A stretch of DNA of 64,000 bases from the human T2T-CHM13v2.0 reference genome, Homo sapiens: assembly GCF_009914755.1 (NCBI RefSeq), contig NC_060925.1; one strand, given 5' to 3'. How positions within the stretch are numbered: position 1 is the first letter of the stretch; each line of letters starts with the position of its first letter. This document shows positions 1 to 14,681 of the stretch, in pieces. Below the pieces are notes generated by a model, which worked only from the letters and a program-made list of their open reading frames with translations, did not search any database and was not told the origin of the DNA. A program made the translations under genes and the position numbers.

Positions 1-683
1 TAGTTTATAAAAATATAGCTACTAGCATATACAAGGGGAATTATTATTGTAACAATGCATTTTGAAGTATGACTTTTCAAAAATAACGACAGAGGAAAGA
101 AAGAGTGGCAGGTGCTTAGCACAACTGTCTGCCAAAATAATACTATTTTTATCAGCAGTGTAAATAAAATATTCAGTCAACATTTGCTTATTTTTTGACA
201 TCTTGCCAACAGCATGTTAGAATGAGTTTCTTGTACTGAATAACTGAGATAGAATAGTTTGACACTGTGCTTAGGGAGTGAACAGGCTACCTCTGTTATG
301 ATTCTTGCAGACTGCAAAAAGGGAGAGAAAATAACAGTTTGAAAGTAGTTTACTGTTTGATTTGTTTGTTTTATTGTATTATTTTATTTCAAATGTAATT
401 TATTGTTTTATTGTTGTCTTTCAGATCACCTGTAGACCCAAAACAACTTCAAATAGCCATTTCCTTCACTGCTGTGAGCAGATGTAGACAGGTATGTGTT
501 CCCAAATGTTAGAATTCTTAAGAGGAAAACTAGCAGAGGAAGGGCATACTTGATAGACAGTGTAGACTGTGCCCTTGAATCAATGTCTTACTCCCTTTAT
601 AAAAACATGTCTTTTAAAAAAAAGTGGGGCGGGGGAGAATTTTTCGCACACATTCAAAATGTACAGTCAAATGTTACCAAACC

Positions 684-2073
684 TAATGGTGTTGGGACAA
701 CTGTATATCCATATACGGAGGAATGAAGTCAGACACTTATTTCACGCTATATACAAAAATCAACTCAAAGCATTAAATGTAAGACACGAAACTGTAAAAT
801 TACTAGAAGAAAACATAGGGGAAATTTTCATAACATTGGTTTGGGCAATGCTTTTTTGAATAAAACCTCTAAACCACAGGCAGCAAAAGCAAAAATGGAC
901 ATATGCAATTACATCAAAAAGCTCCTGTGCAGCCAAAGAAAAAATCAAGAATGAAGAGATAGTCTACAAAATGGGAGAAAATACTTGCAATCCACATATC
1001 TGAAAAGTGGCTAATATCCAAAATATATAAAAACTCAAACAATTCGATCAATAAAACAAACAAACAAACAACAACAACAACAAAATGATTAAAAACTGGG
1101 CCATAGACTTGAATAGACACTTCTCAAAAGAAGATATACAAATGACCAGGGGGTATATGAAAAACTTCCAAACATCACTACTCATCAGAAATGTAAAAGA
1201 AAGCCACAATGAGATATCACCTTACACCTGTTAGGATGGCTGTTGTCAAAAAGACAATGGATAACAAGTGTAGGTGAAGATGTGGAGAAAAGGGAACCTG
1301 ACCAACTATCGGTAGGAATGTAAACCATTATGAAAAACAGTATGAGAATTCCTCTAAAAATTAACAATAGAACTACATTGTGATTTAGCAATTTCACTCG
1401 TGGTTATATATCAAAAGGAAATAAAAACAGGTTGTCAAAGAGATACCTGCCTTTCAATGTTAATTGCAATGTAATTTACAATAGCCAAGACATTGAATGA
1501 ACCTGTGCCTATTAACGGATGAATGAAAAGACAAAATATGGTGTATAATATACAATGAAATACTATTCAGCCTTTAAAGAAAGAGAAATCTTATTTGTGA
1601 ACCTAGAGGACATTAGGTAAAGTAGAATAAGCCAGACACAGAAAGGCAAACTCTACATCATCTAACTCAAATGTGGAATCTAAAAATGCTGAAGTCATAC
1701 AAGTAGAGAGTAAGGCTGGTTGTTACCAGGGGGTTGGGGAAGGGTAGTTAGAGTGATATTGGTTAAAGGATACAAAATTTGAGTTATATAGGAGTAATAA
1801 GTTGAAGAGATCCATTCACAACAAAGTGAACTAATTAATAACAATACATCATATTCTTGAAAATTGCTAAGAATGTAGATTGTAAGTGTTCTCACCACAA
1901 AAAGATGAGTATGTGAAGTAATGCATATGTTAATTCATTCCATTTGGCCATTCCACAATGTATGCACCTTTCAAAATAACATGTTGGTACACAATAAACA
2001 TATACATGTTTTATTTGTCAACTAAAAACAAATGAATCAAAAAGAAAAACAAACAAAAACAAAATAAACAAAT
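684..2073 (+). mobile_element. 5'-truncated L1MA-type LINE-1 (ORF2 end, 3' UTR, A-rich tail)
   Basis: L1 ORF2/3'UTR motifs; perfect 14-bp TSD aatgttaccaaacc at 670-683 and 2074-2087. Confidence 0.95.
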
Positions 2074-2671
2074 AATGTTACCAAACCAGTCAGAGAAGAC
2101 ACAGATATCTGTGATCCATTTCTTAAATATTTCAGAATTTTAGCAGAAGAACATCATTTGAAAATTTTGCACTTAAGAAAGGCTAAGCTTGATCTAATCT
2201 GTATGAGTTTTATTTGATTTTAGCAAACGTGTTTCTGGAATAAAATGTCAGTCATAATTATTTTTCTTTTAAAGCCTGAAAAATAGCATAATCTCTCCTA
2301 CAATAATTATTTGCAGAGGTCCATGGTTATATATGTCCAGCATATAAATCAATGATTTTGTGTCTGTTAGCCTCCTAACAGAGGAAAACTTCATTTACTC
2401 TTTCCCTGTCCCTTTGTGTGTGTCTGGGGAACTGTGTGTTTTGATACATAGGGATTTAGTGGAGTATTTTCCCATGTCTCTATCACATTTATGTAAAATT
2501 ATCTAAGGCTGAAAGTCTGACAATAACTAGCAACAAGACGACCATTCTATGGATGATTACAAAAATCACTTTACTTGATATCCGACTTACTGGATATGAT
2601 CTTTGAAAATAAGTCAGTTACATGAAGAAATGCTGTAAGCATTATATTTCACTCAAGAAATTTTAAAACCA

Positions 2672-2800
2672 CCATAGACTTGAATAGACACTTCTCAAAA
2701 GAATATATACAAATGACCAGGGGGTATATGAAAACGTTCCGAACATCACTAGTCATCAGAAATGTAAATGAAAGCCACAATGAGATATCACCTTACACCT
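2672..2800 (+). repeat. Local 129-bp copy of L1 segment 1101-1229
   Basis: Ungapped alignment with 6 mismatches. Confidence 0.95.
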
Positions 2801-3787
2801 ACAAAATCTTTTCATTTAATTATATACTTCCCTCTTTTGATATTCTTCACTTTCAACAATAAATTTAGATAGATGATCATATGAACACATTTCAATATTG
2901 CTGGAAAGCATTTCAGTAACTTTACTGGAAAAAAAATAATAGCATAGAATGTAACTTAATGATAACAAGAGACTTGTTTGCCGTGTTCAATACTGAATAG
3001 TCAGTTCCAATCAGTGTGCCTGGTACATGAAAGGAGTTTTTTTTTTTTTTTTTTTGGAACTTGTATGTATTTTTTAAGTAAGTTGTCAACAAGTTAGGGT
3101 AAAATAAGAGAAATTTCACGTATGTACAATAAAAAATAAATATTTTGAAACAGATTTTAATTTTAAAATGCTGATTTTATTTATAATCTGTAGAAAAAAA
3201 CATGAAAATAGATATTTATTAAATAGAAGAAGCTGTTATGACAACATGGATAAGTCTTTGAGTATTTTCTAGGACAAAGTTGTTTACACTTAAGAAATAA
3301 ATTAGATATAGAATATATAATTTATATTTCTATATATAATATAGAAATATATAATATATATTAATAATATATTATATAATATATATTTTATATATATAAT
3401 ATAGAAATGTAAAATTTGCAGTAAAATTTAAAAAGTGTAAGACAAACCATACTCTGTACAATAAAGAATTAAAACATAAATACTTCAATGTCATAAATAT
3501 CAAGTAACAATAAATAAATATATTAATTTTTATAGGATGCATTATTTCTGTTTAACAGTTTTAAGTGACTACAAAAGAATACCTCTTTTGGCAGGTCAAT
3601 ATTAGAATTTTAATGATCACATTATGTTGTTTATGCCATAGGTTTCCAAAAATGTCCTGGCCTACATATATGTTTTGTATATTAATCTTGGAAGGATAAT
3701 CCTTTATTAGCAATAATTTTTAGAAAGAAAAATTTTAAAGGAAAAATTACATTTTATGTGTAATTTTCATCTTTTCCCTTAGCCTGC

Positions 3788-4646
3788 TGTGTTAATTTCC
3801 TAAGGCTGCTATAACAAGTAACCACAAACCCGGTGTCTGTATTAGTCCATTCTCGCACTACTATAAAGAACTACCTGAAACTGAGTAAGTTATAAAGAAA
3901 AGAGGTTTAATTGACTCACAGTTCCACAGGCTGTATAACAAGACATGGCTAGGGAGACCTCAGGAAACTTACAATCATGGCAGAAGGGTGAAGAGGAAAC
4001 AAGCATGTCTTCATATGGCGGCAGGAGAGGAAGAGTGAAGGGAGAAGTGTTACACACTTTTAAGCAACCAGATCTCATGAGAACTCCCTCATTATCATGA
4101 GAACTCCCTCACTATCATGAGAACAGCAAGGGGAACATCTGCCCCCATGATCCAATCCCCTTCTACCGGGTGTCTCCCCCAACACTGGGAATTATCAACG
4201 TTGGGAATTATCACATAAAATTTGAGTGAGGACACAGAACCAAATCATATCAGTGGCTTAAGACAATAGAAATGTATTATTTCATAGTTCAGGAGGCCAG
4301 ATATTCAATAGGAAAGTGATGGCATGATTGATTTCTTCAGGAGGCTTTCAGGGGAAATCTTTCTTATCTTCTGGTGTTTTCTAGCAATCCCTGGCATTCC
4401 TTGACTTTAAGCAGTGTAACTCCAATCTCTGCCTCCTTGTAACATGGTATTCTTTGCTTTATGTGACTGTGTATTCATGTAGCCTTCTTACAAAGATACC
4501 AGTCTTTGGGTTTAAGGTCCACATTAATCCAGTATAGTATGACATCATCTTAACTAAGTGCATTTGCGGAGACCCTGTTTCCAAATAAGTTAACTTAGGA
4601 TCTAGGTGGACAAGACTTTCTGGAGGACGCAATTCAGCCCAGTACA
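3788..4646 (-). mobile_element. MLT1B/C-type MaLR LTR, interrupted by an MSTA LTR
   Basis: tgtgttaatttcctaaggctgctataaca...aattcagcccagtaca termini. Confidence 0.8.
3838..4252 (-). mobile_element. MSTA-type solo LTR nested in MLT1
   Basis: tgtattagtccattctc...catatca; TSD gtgtc/gtggc. Confidence 0.9.
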
Positions 4647-4658
4647 TTTGTTTACTGA

Positions 4659-4670
4659 TTATATATCTAT

Positions 4671-4703
<33 letters not shown>

Positions 4704-4845
4704 ATATATATTATATATACACACACAGACACTATATGTTTATACATACAATTATACATACAATATATAGTATAATTATATATACATATAGTGCATTATA
4801 TATGTATAATTGCAAGTGTGTGTGTGTATATATATATATATATAA
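4659..4845. repeat. (CA)n/(TA)n compound microsatellite
   Basis: Direct reading. Confidence 0.9.
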
Positions 4846-7218
4846 TTTTTTAAGGGAATAATGAGTTTTGCATCTGCCATAAAATCTTTTATTCTTCTTG
4901 TTAGTGTAAACAAATGGGAGAAGAAATAAGATTTGACAAATATGCCAGGGCAAGATTACAGAAGGACATATACATTGTGGTAAAAATAATAATAATAATA
5001 ATAAAAGTGATTGCTACTTTATGGCAAGAAGGAGCAATAAAAATTTGAAAGTACTTATGTAGCATCTACTCTGTGGCAATACTATACAAGAATATTCTGA
5101 AGAGAGGATAAGGAGTTAAAAAGAAACATGGCTTGATATGTATCACAGTTCAAAAGGAAACCATTGTCCATTGGTAAACGTAGCACATTTGGGTTTGTTA
5201 AGCTTGAAATTGAAAAAAAAAAAAAAAAACAGGTAAAAAAACAGGTCTAGCCAAGCTGAAATATACCTAGTGTAAATAAAATAATAGGATGAAGTCCCAT
5301 GATATCTCAGTAAGAAGGCATAAATACATGATCAGGGAAGGGATTCAGAGCTCTGCAACATTGGCAAGGTTTTTACCACAATTATGGTATTTCTTGGCAG
5401 AAATAAAAAAATTGGGATATAAAATGAAACAGGCAGTTAGAGTTATAACTGGGTGTTGAATAAAATTAGGGACAGAGGTGGAGGAAGGAAAGAATAGATC
5501 ACCTGCAAGAGTGGAAGTTGAAAAACAGAAAGTATGAGAACATTTTGTTTAATGGAAAAACATTTGATCAAAGAATAGAGATAGTAATATTTAAACATCA
5601 TATTGGAGTAAACTAGGCAAGTACTATTGTTAAAAAAATCCCCAGTTCTAAGAATTTTCTGTGTTTGTAGGGTGGCTAATTTCTAGTACTTAAGTCCAGA
5701 GCAGTCTCTGATGTTAGTCACAGTGCTGTCAAATTGAATGTTGTTTACAAGCTATTGACAAAATGTCACATTTACTTCAAGTGTATTTTACTATGTAGTT
5801 CAAAGACTTTTCCAAGATACTCATTTCTGGGAAAAATATTAAGGGGTGTACATTTGGCATTGAACACAGAGTATTTGATTTTAGATTGCATTTTTCCCCA
5901 AATCTTTAAGGATTTGGCTCAAACATTACTGTGAATTTAGAATTTCTTTTGTAGAGGAGTACAGTTATTTTAACAAAGATATGAAAAACTGATATGCCTA
6001 TTAAAATTTCATTGAATCAACTTAATTAACTTCAATTTAATTCATTTATTAACATAAATTTAGGTTTCCTTAAATAAAAAAACACCCTTAAGTTGCCTTT
6101 AGCATTTAGTCTTTAACATAACTTCATGCTAGTTAAAATAATTTGCAGACAGTGCAGTCCTGTAATTTTAGTGTTACATTATACTTTATATAAAATGCAT
6201 ATTAAATCTAAATGTTGCTTCTTTGTTTGGTATTGTGGAACTGTATAGAAATTTACCTGTATTATCAACTTACAGGTGAACTTGCCTTAAATTGTAATAG
6301 TTGCCATCTATTTATGCTTTAAATGCTTTAAAAATATTGAGCAGTTATATTTAAGGATATACAGATGTTTCATACTACCATATTATAATTTAGATTTTAA
6401 AAATCTTTCTTGTGTATTCTGGTTTAAAGTCCTGGAATACTTATTGATATCTTACTTATATCATGATAACAAGGCTGCAGCTAATTATACTGTGCTTCCA
6501 AGCAAATGTCTGTACCAGAAGATAAATGTTGAAACTAAGCAAGAACTGTATTTTACTCAAACAGAAAATTCTATTTACACTTAGAAAACAAAATAAAGAT
6601 TTGATGTACTCATATAGAAAATAATTACCTTCATGCCAGAAAGGGGTTCACTTACAGCACACATTCATTCATTCTGTCAGATAGTTGGTTAAACAGGTTT
6701 GAGCACCTCCTGTGAGTTGGGCACACAGTGTACTTACTGCATGTTGTCCAAGCTTTTCACATCTGTTATAATGAGGGGTACAGATAATTTCGTATACTTT
6801 ATCTTTTGAATTTGTTTTTGAATACTAACATGACCTCCTCACATATAATTGTCAATGCTGCTCTTAGATAGTATCAACTGGATATTTACTATACTTAATC
6901 ACCATGACTGTCTGTAGATATATCTATATCTAATACATAGTATACTAACTTTTCACCCATGTTCAACAAGCTTTAAGTATTTTCTTTTAATATTAAGTAT
7001 CCCATGGTTGTTTTTGGTTTTAAATTAAAAGCTCTTAGAGCAGATGGTTTTAGCTTTGTTTTTGGTCTTTTTTTTTTTCTATGAAGTCAAGTGGATAAAA
7101 ATTCTAGAAGCACAAATGTATACCACTATCCCAGTGAAAAGGTAAATTGTTAGCTCCCCATTTACAACTTTTGGCTATTTAACACATCATCAGGCGTAAG
7201 TAGCTTTTGGAACATTAA

Positions 7219-7512
<294 letters not shown>

Positions 7513-7646
7513 TAAAACAAATTATATCCTTTTGCCCTTTGTAGGCAAAAAAAATTAGAGTATCCATGATAGTAGTTTCAAGACAGTGTTTTCTTATAAA
7601 ATAAAAATGAAAGAAGTATATATGTATGTATATATATATGTGTGTG

Positions 7647-7678
<32 letters not shown>

Positions 7679-9724
7679 AACAACAATAGCCTTTTAAAAA
7701 ATGTGGAATGTTATTGTGGAAACAATGTCACAGAAAAAAATGGCTAGAGAAAATATGAATCAGCATGAAATGAGACATTTTGAGGGTTATTGAACACTAT
7801 TCATTTTCATGGAAATAGGACAAGGTTATTTAGCACAGGTGTTTCTGTAATTGTGATACATTAGCAAAATTAGCTGTGTTCAATGGTCCTCAAACTTGCT
7901 CTGCCACCTGTATGTGAAATGGCCTACCATTAATACAAAGAAATTTGTTGTGAAACATGTACTGTAGAATTAAGTTCAAAACCTATTTGTGGTTAAATTG
8001 CCTTATTTTGTTAAATAAAACTTTGCTCCCATCATTTTTTTTTTTTTCATCCATAAGGGAAACAGAAAAGGAAAATATGCACACAATATGCTAAACTCTT
8101 AACCAATGGAAGAAAGAAAATATTCAAGAAAAACAAAGCAATTGTGTAGATCACAGTATAGTTTAAAAGTACTCTAATATTTAAACCATGTCCAACATTT
8201 AAAGCTGTTTTTATGCAGAGTGTGATTGCTTTTTCATTAATCTCTGAGGATTCTAGATAGAAATTTAAAAACCCTGGGCCCAGCCAATTAAATGTGTCTC
8301 TTAGAGTATCCTAGTGATATTTATTCACTTTCAAGTTTTCCAATCATAGATCAGATGGTTACAGATGCATGGAAGTTATGTGATTTTTAAAAACAAGAAA
8401 ATGTTATTTAAAATATCAATATTCAGTGCTTGCATTTGCAAAGAAAAAATAGATTATACTAAGAACATTCTTTAATAATGAGCAAGCAGAGATAAAATAA
8501 ATGTATTACTGTTCTAATTCTGTAAAAAGTAAGAGGGTGTCATGAAATTATTAATATTTTACTTAAATTTGTTTCCAAATCACTGAATTCAGAATCAGAA
8601 TTACCAAAGTCACTGGGGTTTGATACTTCAGGATTAACATCTTTCATTGGATTTTTTAAAAAATCAAGTAAAACTGTGACTACGTAGTATTAACCACTAT
8701 ATTCATTTATTTCAGTAGAAATTAAATATATATCTATACAGTATTCTTAGGTGAAATTGTTGATTGGATAGCTAAAAACATCAGTTCTTAATAAATTGCT
8801 TTGTCATTGTTAAGGTAAATCTTCAGAGTTTAGACTTTTTTAATTAAGATTTGACTTGTAATTTGCATATAAATTTGATAGTTTGATTTGTCATAAACAA
8901 ATACTGAATGATCAGAGAAAAGTGTTTTAATACATCAAATTAGTTCAGTGGTACCAGCAGTTATGTAAGTATTAGTACCTGTGTCTTGGCGGGGTAGTCT
9001 TTTGTTTAAACTGTCAAGCCCATAAACAATCATTGGCAATAATCAATTAATTCTGATTCCTTCTCTTGGGACCACATGAACTTTTATCTCTGTCTCCATT
9101 CCTAGACAAATCTAGAAAAACTGCTTATCATAAGATAGACTTTTGTCAGATAATATAATAAATTCTCAGGGTTGCAACTTCTTGGATAGATATTTCTCTT
9201 TTGGAGTTACAAAAACGTCCTATCATGTCAACCATTCTATATACCAGCAATGTTATGTGACTGTGACTTAACATTCGGTTTTTCATTTTATTCATTTGGA
9301 AAAATATTATATAATAACTATCCTGTTGACTTAATATGATAAATGTTTGACATAAACACTGCAATTACTTCATGAAAAAGATAATGATGTTCTTCTAGAC
9401 AAAAAATATATGTGTCCATGACCAAATAACAGCTCTGTTTCTTGAACAGATTTTCCTGGAAAATCACAAGCCACCTACTCAGAACATGGAGCACCATACG
9501 CATTACTTTTTAAAAGTTAAATTTGCTGAGATTTTCTGATTCTCCTACCTCACTGCGAACTCTCAGTACTAACAGTTAATAAGATAATTTTGATCTATTT
9601 TGGCCCTTTTTACTATCTGCGAAATCTTTCCTTGCACTGCCTCTTCATCTTTTATATCTGGATTGAAACTGACCGTGATATTGTCCATAGCTCAGGCACT
9701 GTATTCTAAATTTTAATAAGATCT

Positions 9725-10222
9725 TTAATTTTTTTTTACTTTTTTTACATGTTTAAATTGACAAACATTAGTGGCATATTTTATGGGTTAAATGTAATTT
9801 TTTAAATGTAAGTATATATTATGGAATTACTAAAACAAGATAACTAACATCTTTCTCTCACATACTTATCTTTTGTGGTGAGAACATTTAAAATCTACTG
9901 TTTCAGCAACTGTGAACTATACAATGCAATGTTATTCACTATGGTCACACTGCTGCAGAGTAGATCACTAAAACTTCTTTCACCTTTCTAACTAAAACTT
10001 GTACCATTTAGCAAACATCTCTCCGTTCCCCATCACCCCTTACCTCCTAACCCCTGCCTTTAGTAATCATTATTCTACTCTCTACTTCCATGAGTTTGAC
10101 ATGTTTTAATTCAACATAAATAAAATTATACTTCAGCACCTGACTTATTTCACTTAGCATAATATCCTCTTGATTTATTGACATTGTCTCAAATGACAGA
10201 ATTTCCTCAATTTTTAAGGCTA
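9725..10222 (-). mobile_element. L1MA-type 3' fragment
   Basis: gtggtgagaacatttaaaatctac and tgacttatttcacttagcataat motifs. Confidence 0.85.
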
Positions 10223-11499
10223 CAGAGCTTAATATCAAAGGAAGCACCTTGTTATTGCAGATGCCATTATAATCATTATGATTTTGTCTTAACTAAACAT
10301 TGTTTGTATTGTCAGTACCATGCCTTACACATGGCAGGGACTCAACATGTGTATAATAAATCACTGAACAAATGAACACCTACATCAATTTTTGTGCCCA
10401 GATCACTTTTTAAAGTACTCTTCTGATGGAGTCGGAGTCCCTTGACAGATCTGGACTAATCATTCTCTTCCTGGGCTTGCACTGATAAGAAAATAGCATC
10501 ATAGCAGTCACAATCTACATTGACTAATTCTGAGAGATATCAGTGACTATTACTGACTGTAAGAGCTTATGTCTTTTTTATTAAACATAACTATTTGCTT
10601 TGAGAGAACAAAAGACATGTTTATAAATATGAGCATTTTTATTTGCAGTATAGAATATATTTAAATTAGATGCTTGGATAGACATATTGATGGATATTAC
10701 AATTTTTCTTTTATCATATATGTATTTATTAAGCACTGCTTTGTGACACCAGTTTAAAATACATGTTAATTCCTTTCATTTAACCAATTACAATGTAAAA
10801 GTTTCAAGAATGGCACAAAGAAACAAGACATTCTTAATTTGTTCAAGTGAAACAATATTGTTGGGTATAATCAAGTACGTTTTTAAAAGATGATTTTGTG
10901 AGGTCAATGGCAAAACAGATCACAAATGATAAAGAATTTCACATATCATTGTTTTGTAGTAAGTAATTGTCAAACTTATGCTTCTGATAATGACAAACAA
11001 GATACCTTAGAATAATTTAAATTATTTTTGTATGTAAGACAACATTTTAAGACTATAAAATAAATAGAAGGTAATCATTTAATTTTTTTTCACTAACAGT
11101 GGCAGAGTTAATGCACAGTCAAGAATTGCCAGGCTCAGATCTAGGAGAGAAAAGGCATTTACAGAGATAGGAGCTGCTTTTGCCCTGGAGTCGTTTGTTA
11201 TTTTAGATAGGACATCTAACCAGTTTAGTGAAACTTTGGCTAAAGACTTGAAAACCTAAGGAAGCAAGAGTTGGAAATTAGGTCCAATAAGTTGTGAGGA
11301 CCCGGTTTGGGCAAAGATACTAAAAGTTATTAGTATACTAAATTAGTAAAAGGGAATCAGAATTCAAGCAATTTACCATATGCAGGCTGGCTGTTATTCA
11401 CCTGAGTGGCCCAGAAAATTTCAAACTCTGAATTTTTATTAACGTAATTCAGAATTTTGACTGCCCTTATCCTTTTGGCAAAAACAATTGACAATCATT

Positions 11500-12965
11500 T
11501 GAGAGAAAACATTATTCAGGCATCTAAAGACAGACCAAATCAGTTTTTCATATACCACATTTTGTACATCCACTCAAAGAAATGAGTTTCGATGAAGAGA
11601 AGACACTGTGAGAAGAAATCAACAGACACAAAAGAATAAAAGAAAAAATCTATGTTAAAGCAACTATTACTATGTTCAAGGAGGTGAAGTCAAGAGTGGA
11701 AACTTCAACAAGATAGTACATACTGTAAAAGTGGCATATTAGGATAAACAAAAGCACACAAATTCTAAGACTAAAAATGTGAAGAAAAAAATGATTCAAT
11801 AAATGAACTGAATAGCAAATGAGACACAGCTATGTAAAAAAGAAGTGATTCAGAATTGATATCATAGGAAACTAACCAGAAAAAAGTATGCATATATTTA
11901 TGTATATATATGTATATATATATATATACACACACACACACATAAAAGCATCAATACACACATATATATATATGTATGAGAGCTTAAGAGTCACTGAGGA
12001 TATGTAATAAAATCTAATATAAATTGAAGACAAGTGATGAAAATAATGACACAGAAAATATTAAAAGCTAATTGCTAAGAATTTTCTAAAATTAATGAAA
12101 TATATTAACCTACAATTTCAGGACAGCAAATTCCCCGTAATGAAACTGCAGAGAACCAAGAACAAATAGAAGTGAATACAGCCTCAATGTGGTCTAAGAA
12201 ACTAACCACTAGCCAAGAATTTTCTGTACAACAAAAATATATTTTAAAAATAAATATAACATTAAAATATTTTCAGACAAATAAAAACTAATAGAATTTT
12301 TTAATGAGCAGATACACCCTAAAAAAATTCCAAAGACTATTAATTAAGAAAGAAGAAAAAGGAAAATGGTCATGAGCAAATCTTTTCAAAGATGTAGGGA
12401 TGAATGGAGAGCAGCAAGAATGATAAATATTAAGACAATAAAACAAAGAAACTGACTAATCTAACAATGCCTTGGAGGTATTAAATATACAATTGAGGCT
12501 CAATTCAAGTACAAGTACATGTGGAAAGGGGTAATATAATTAAGGTCCTTGCATTTTCCAGAAGAATGGTAAAAGTACCAAGAAGTATTAAATTATGATA
12601 AGTCAAAAAGTATATTGTAATTTCTAGTAAATCACTAAAAGGAGAGTAAAAGACTGTATAAATTCCAAATCAAAAGGAACAAGTTGACCATTTAAGAGAA
12701 ACCTACATTCATCAAAAAAAGGCAAGACATGCAGATAAAAGGGAACAAAAAGCAGTTAACACAAATAAATGAATTGGTAGGAGAGTCACAGTGACTATTA
12801 CTGAGGGTAAATTGTGATTGAGGAAATGCTAGGTAGGAGATTCTAGATTGTTGAGGATACTTTACTTATTGATTTGGATATTTAATTCATAAATTTTTAT
12901 TTCATAACTACTTTTAAGCATTATATTCATATTTCATTACATTGTTACAGTAAAAATGTTAAAGA
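11500..12965 (+). mobile_element. Old L1ME/HAL1-like remnant (ORF1, inter-ORF region and 3' end)
   Basis: A-rich degenerate ORF1-type motifs followed by an L1ME-like 3' end. Confidence 0.55.
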
Positions 12966-13784
12966 AATTAAGAATGATGATTGATCCTGCTGACTTGGAG
13001 GATTCTAGGCTTTTTGTTCTTACTTCCAAGGCATTATATGATTTTACAAGTTAGAGAAAGCTTAGGCGGAGGGACACTGTGGAAATACGAAGTTGTTAAG
13101 GAATACATTTCTTTTGAAAATACAGGACAGAAATTCATGAAAGTCAAATAAAATAGTACAAGATGAAATAATATACTTTCTAGCAGAAAAAGTAAATTCT
13201 TATTTACTTCAAAACACGTGGACATTTCCTTTAGGAATTTAAACTCATGCTTCCCAAAGGACAAATATTATGTTTCTATCATTCATTTATGTAAATTTTC
13301 AGATAGATGTGACCCTGTAGCCCTGATGATGATGATGATGATGAACCAGATTTGAAGGTGTTGAAAAAAGGGACATACGCACAAGATATTTCCAGGTTCA
13401 GAGTTAAGGGGAAAAAATTCAAATGATGATATACATTTTCTGGTCCATTATTATAAAAATTAAAAAAGAGAGAGAGCAATACACCTTTTATGTAATTTAG
13501 TAATGTGTTTCTATATTGAATTTGTGGCTAATTATCAATCTTATTTTTTAGCTTGAATCTTCCTAGATAACAAGCACATAGTTGTGAAAATGGAATGAAA
13601 ATTATAGTGTTAAAGAACAAAGACAAAAGTTTTCCAGTTTTTTGGTATCAGAAACCCTTTATAATCTCAAGAATTATTAGGGACCAGAAAACGATTTTAA
13701 TTATCTGCATTTCATCTGTAGGTAGTTACCATATTAAAATTGAATCTAAGAGTATGAAAAATATATTAATTAAAGTAACAGTGC

Positions 13785-14500
13785 TAAACTCATTACCTGT
13801 AAACATAAAAAGCAAATTTGCATTAAAATTAAAAAAAAATTAATGTGAAGCTTGATATTCTCTTATTTTTATTAGGCTCTTTAATATTTGGCTTAATAGT
13901 ATAGCTGGATTATCATTTCCAATTTTGCATTTAATCTACTAAAATATGCTGTTGAGTTTAAAGTATATAAAGAAAACATGGTCTTACAGAAATTAACAGT
14001 TGGAAAATGAGGAGTATTTTAGTAACCTTTCCAGATAATTTTGTACAATCTTCTCTGCCACTACACTGAAAATAAAAAAGTGGTAGTTTGTTGAAAGTTA
14101 GCTGTAATATGAAATCTGAAACCCTATCTATGAACTTTTCAAAAGCTTCCTTGATTTAAAAAAATAGATTTTACTTTAAAATCTATTGACTCATCTTATA
14201 CTTTGAATGACATTTTACCCTTGCACAATTTTATAATACCACCCATTAGACATTTGGAAAACATTGTTTCACTGAGCTATGCAGATCTTTTAAATACTGG
14301 CACATTTCATTACAGTGTCACATTAACAAAATTTTGTTAATTTAATTGTCAATCTAATCAGGAAAAAAACTTTGTTTTGGGAGACTAGTTTGGGGAAAGT
14401 AGTTGACAATTTTTTCCAAAATTTGTATTTTCAAGTTAAATTTTTAATTGTATAATTAACATAGGATATTGTCAGTTTTCCTTGAAGTGACAAGCTTGCT
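13785..14500. mobile_element. Charlie1-type hAT DNA transposon fragment
   Basis: ggcttaatag...gctggatt...gtggtagttt...aatctgaaacc motifs match recalled Charlie1a. Confidence 0.75.
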
Positions 14501-14681
14501 GTTTTTTACTTTTATTCCCTGCCCCCCCACCTCCCCGCCTTTAGCATCTACTAAATGTCACTACTATTCTTACATAAGAAATTTTGTATATTCTGGGACT
14601 ACTATCTTCCCCTCATACTCCAAACCAGTTCATCAGTAAATCCTATCAGTGATGCTTTTAAAATATATTGTGAATCCAAGC

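Noticed and set aside
496-1898. ORFs with L1-like peptides (ETVKLLEENIGE)
   Set aside because: Mostly fragments of the decayed L1 ORF2 or its antisense.
3300-3410. AT-rich quasi-palindromes
   Set aside because: Low-complexity TA sequence; hairpins are expected by chance.
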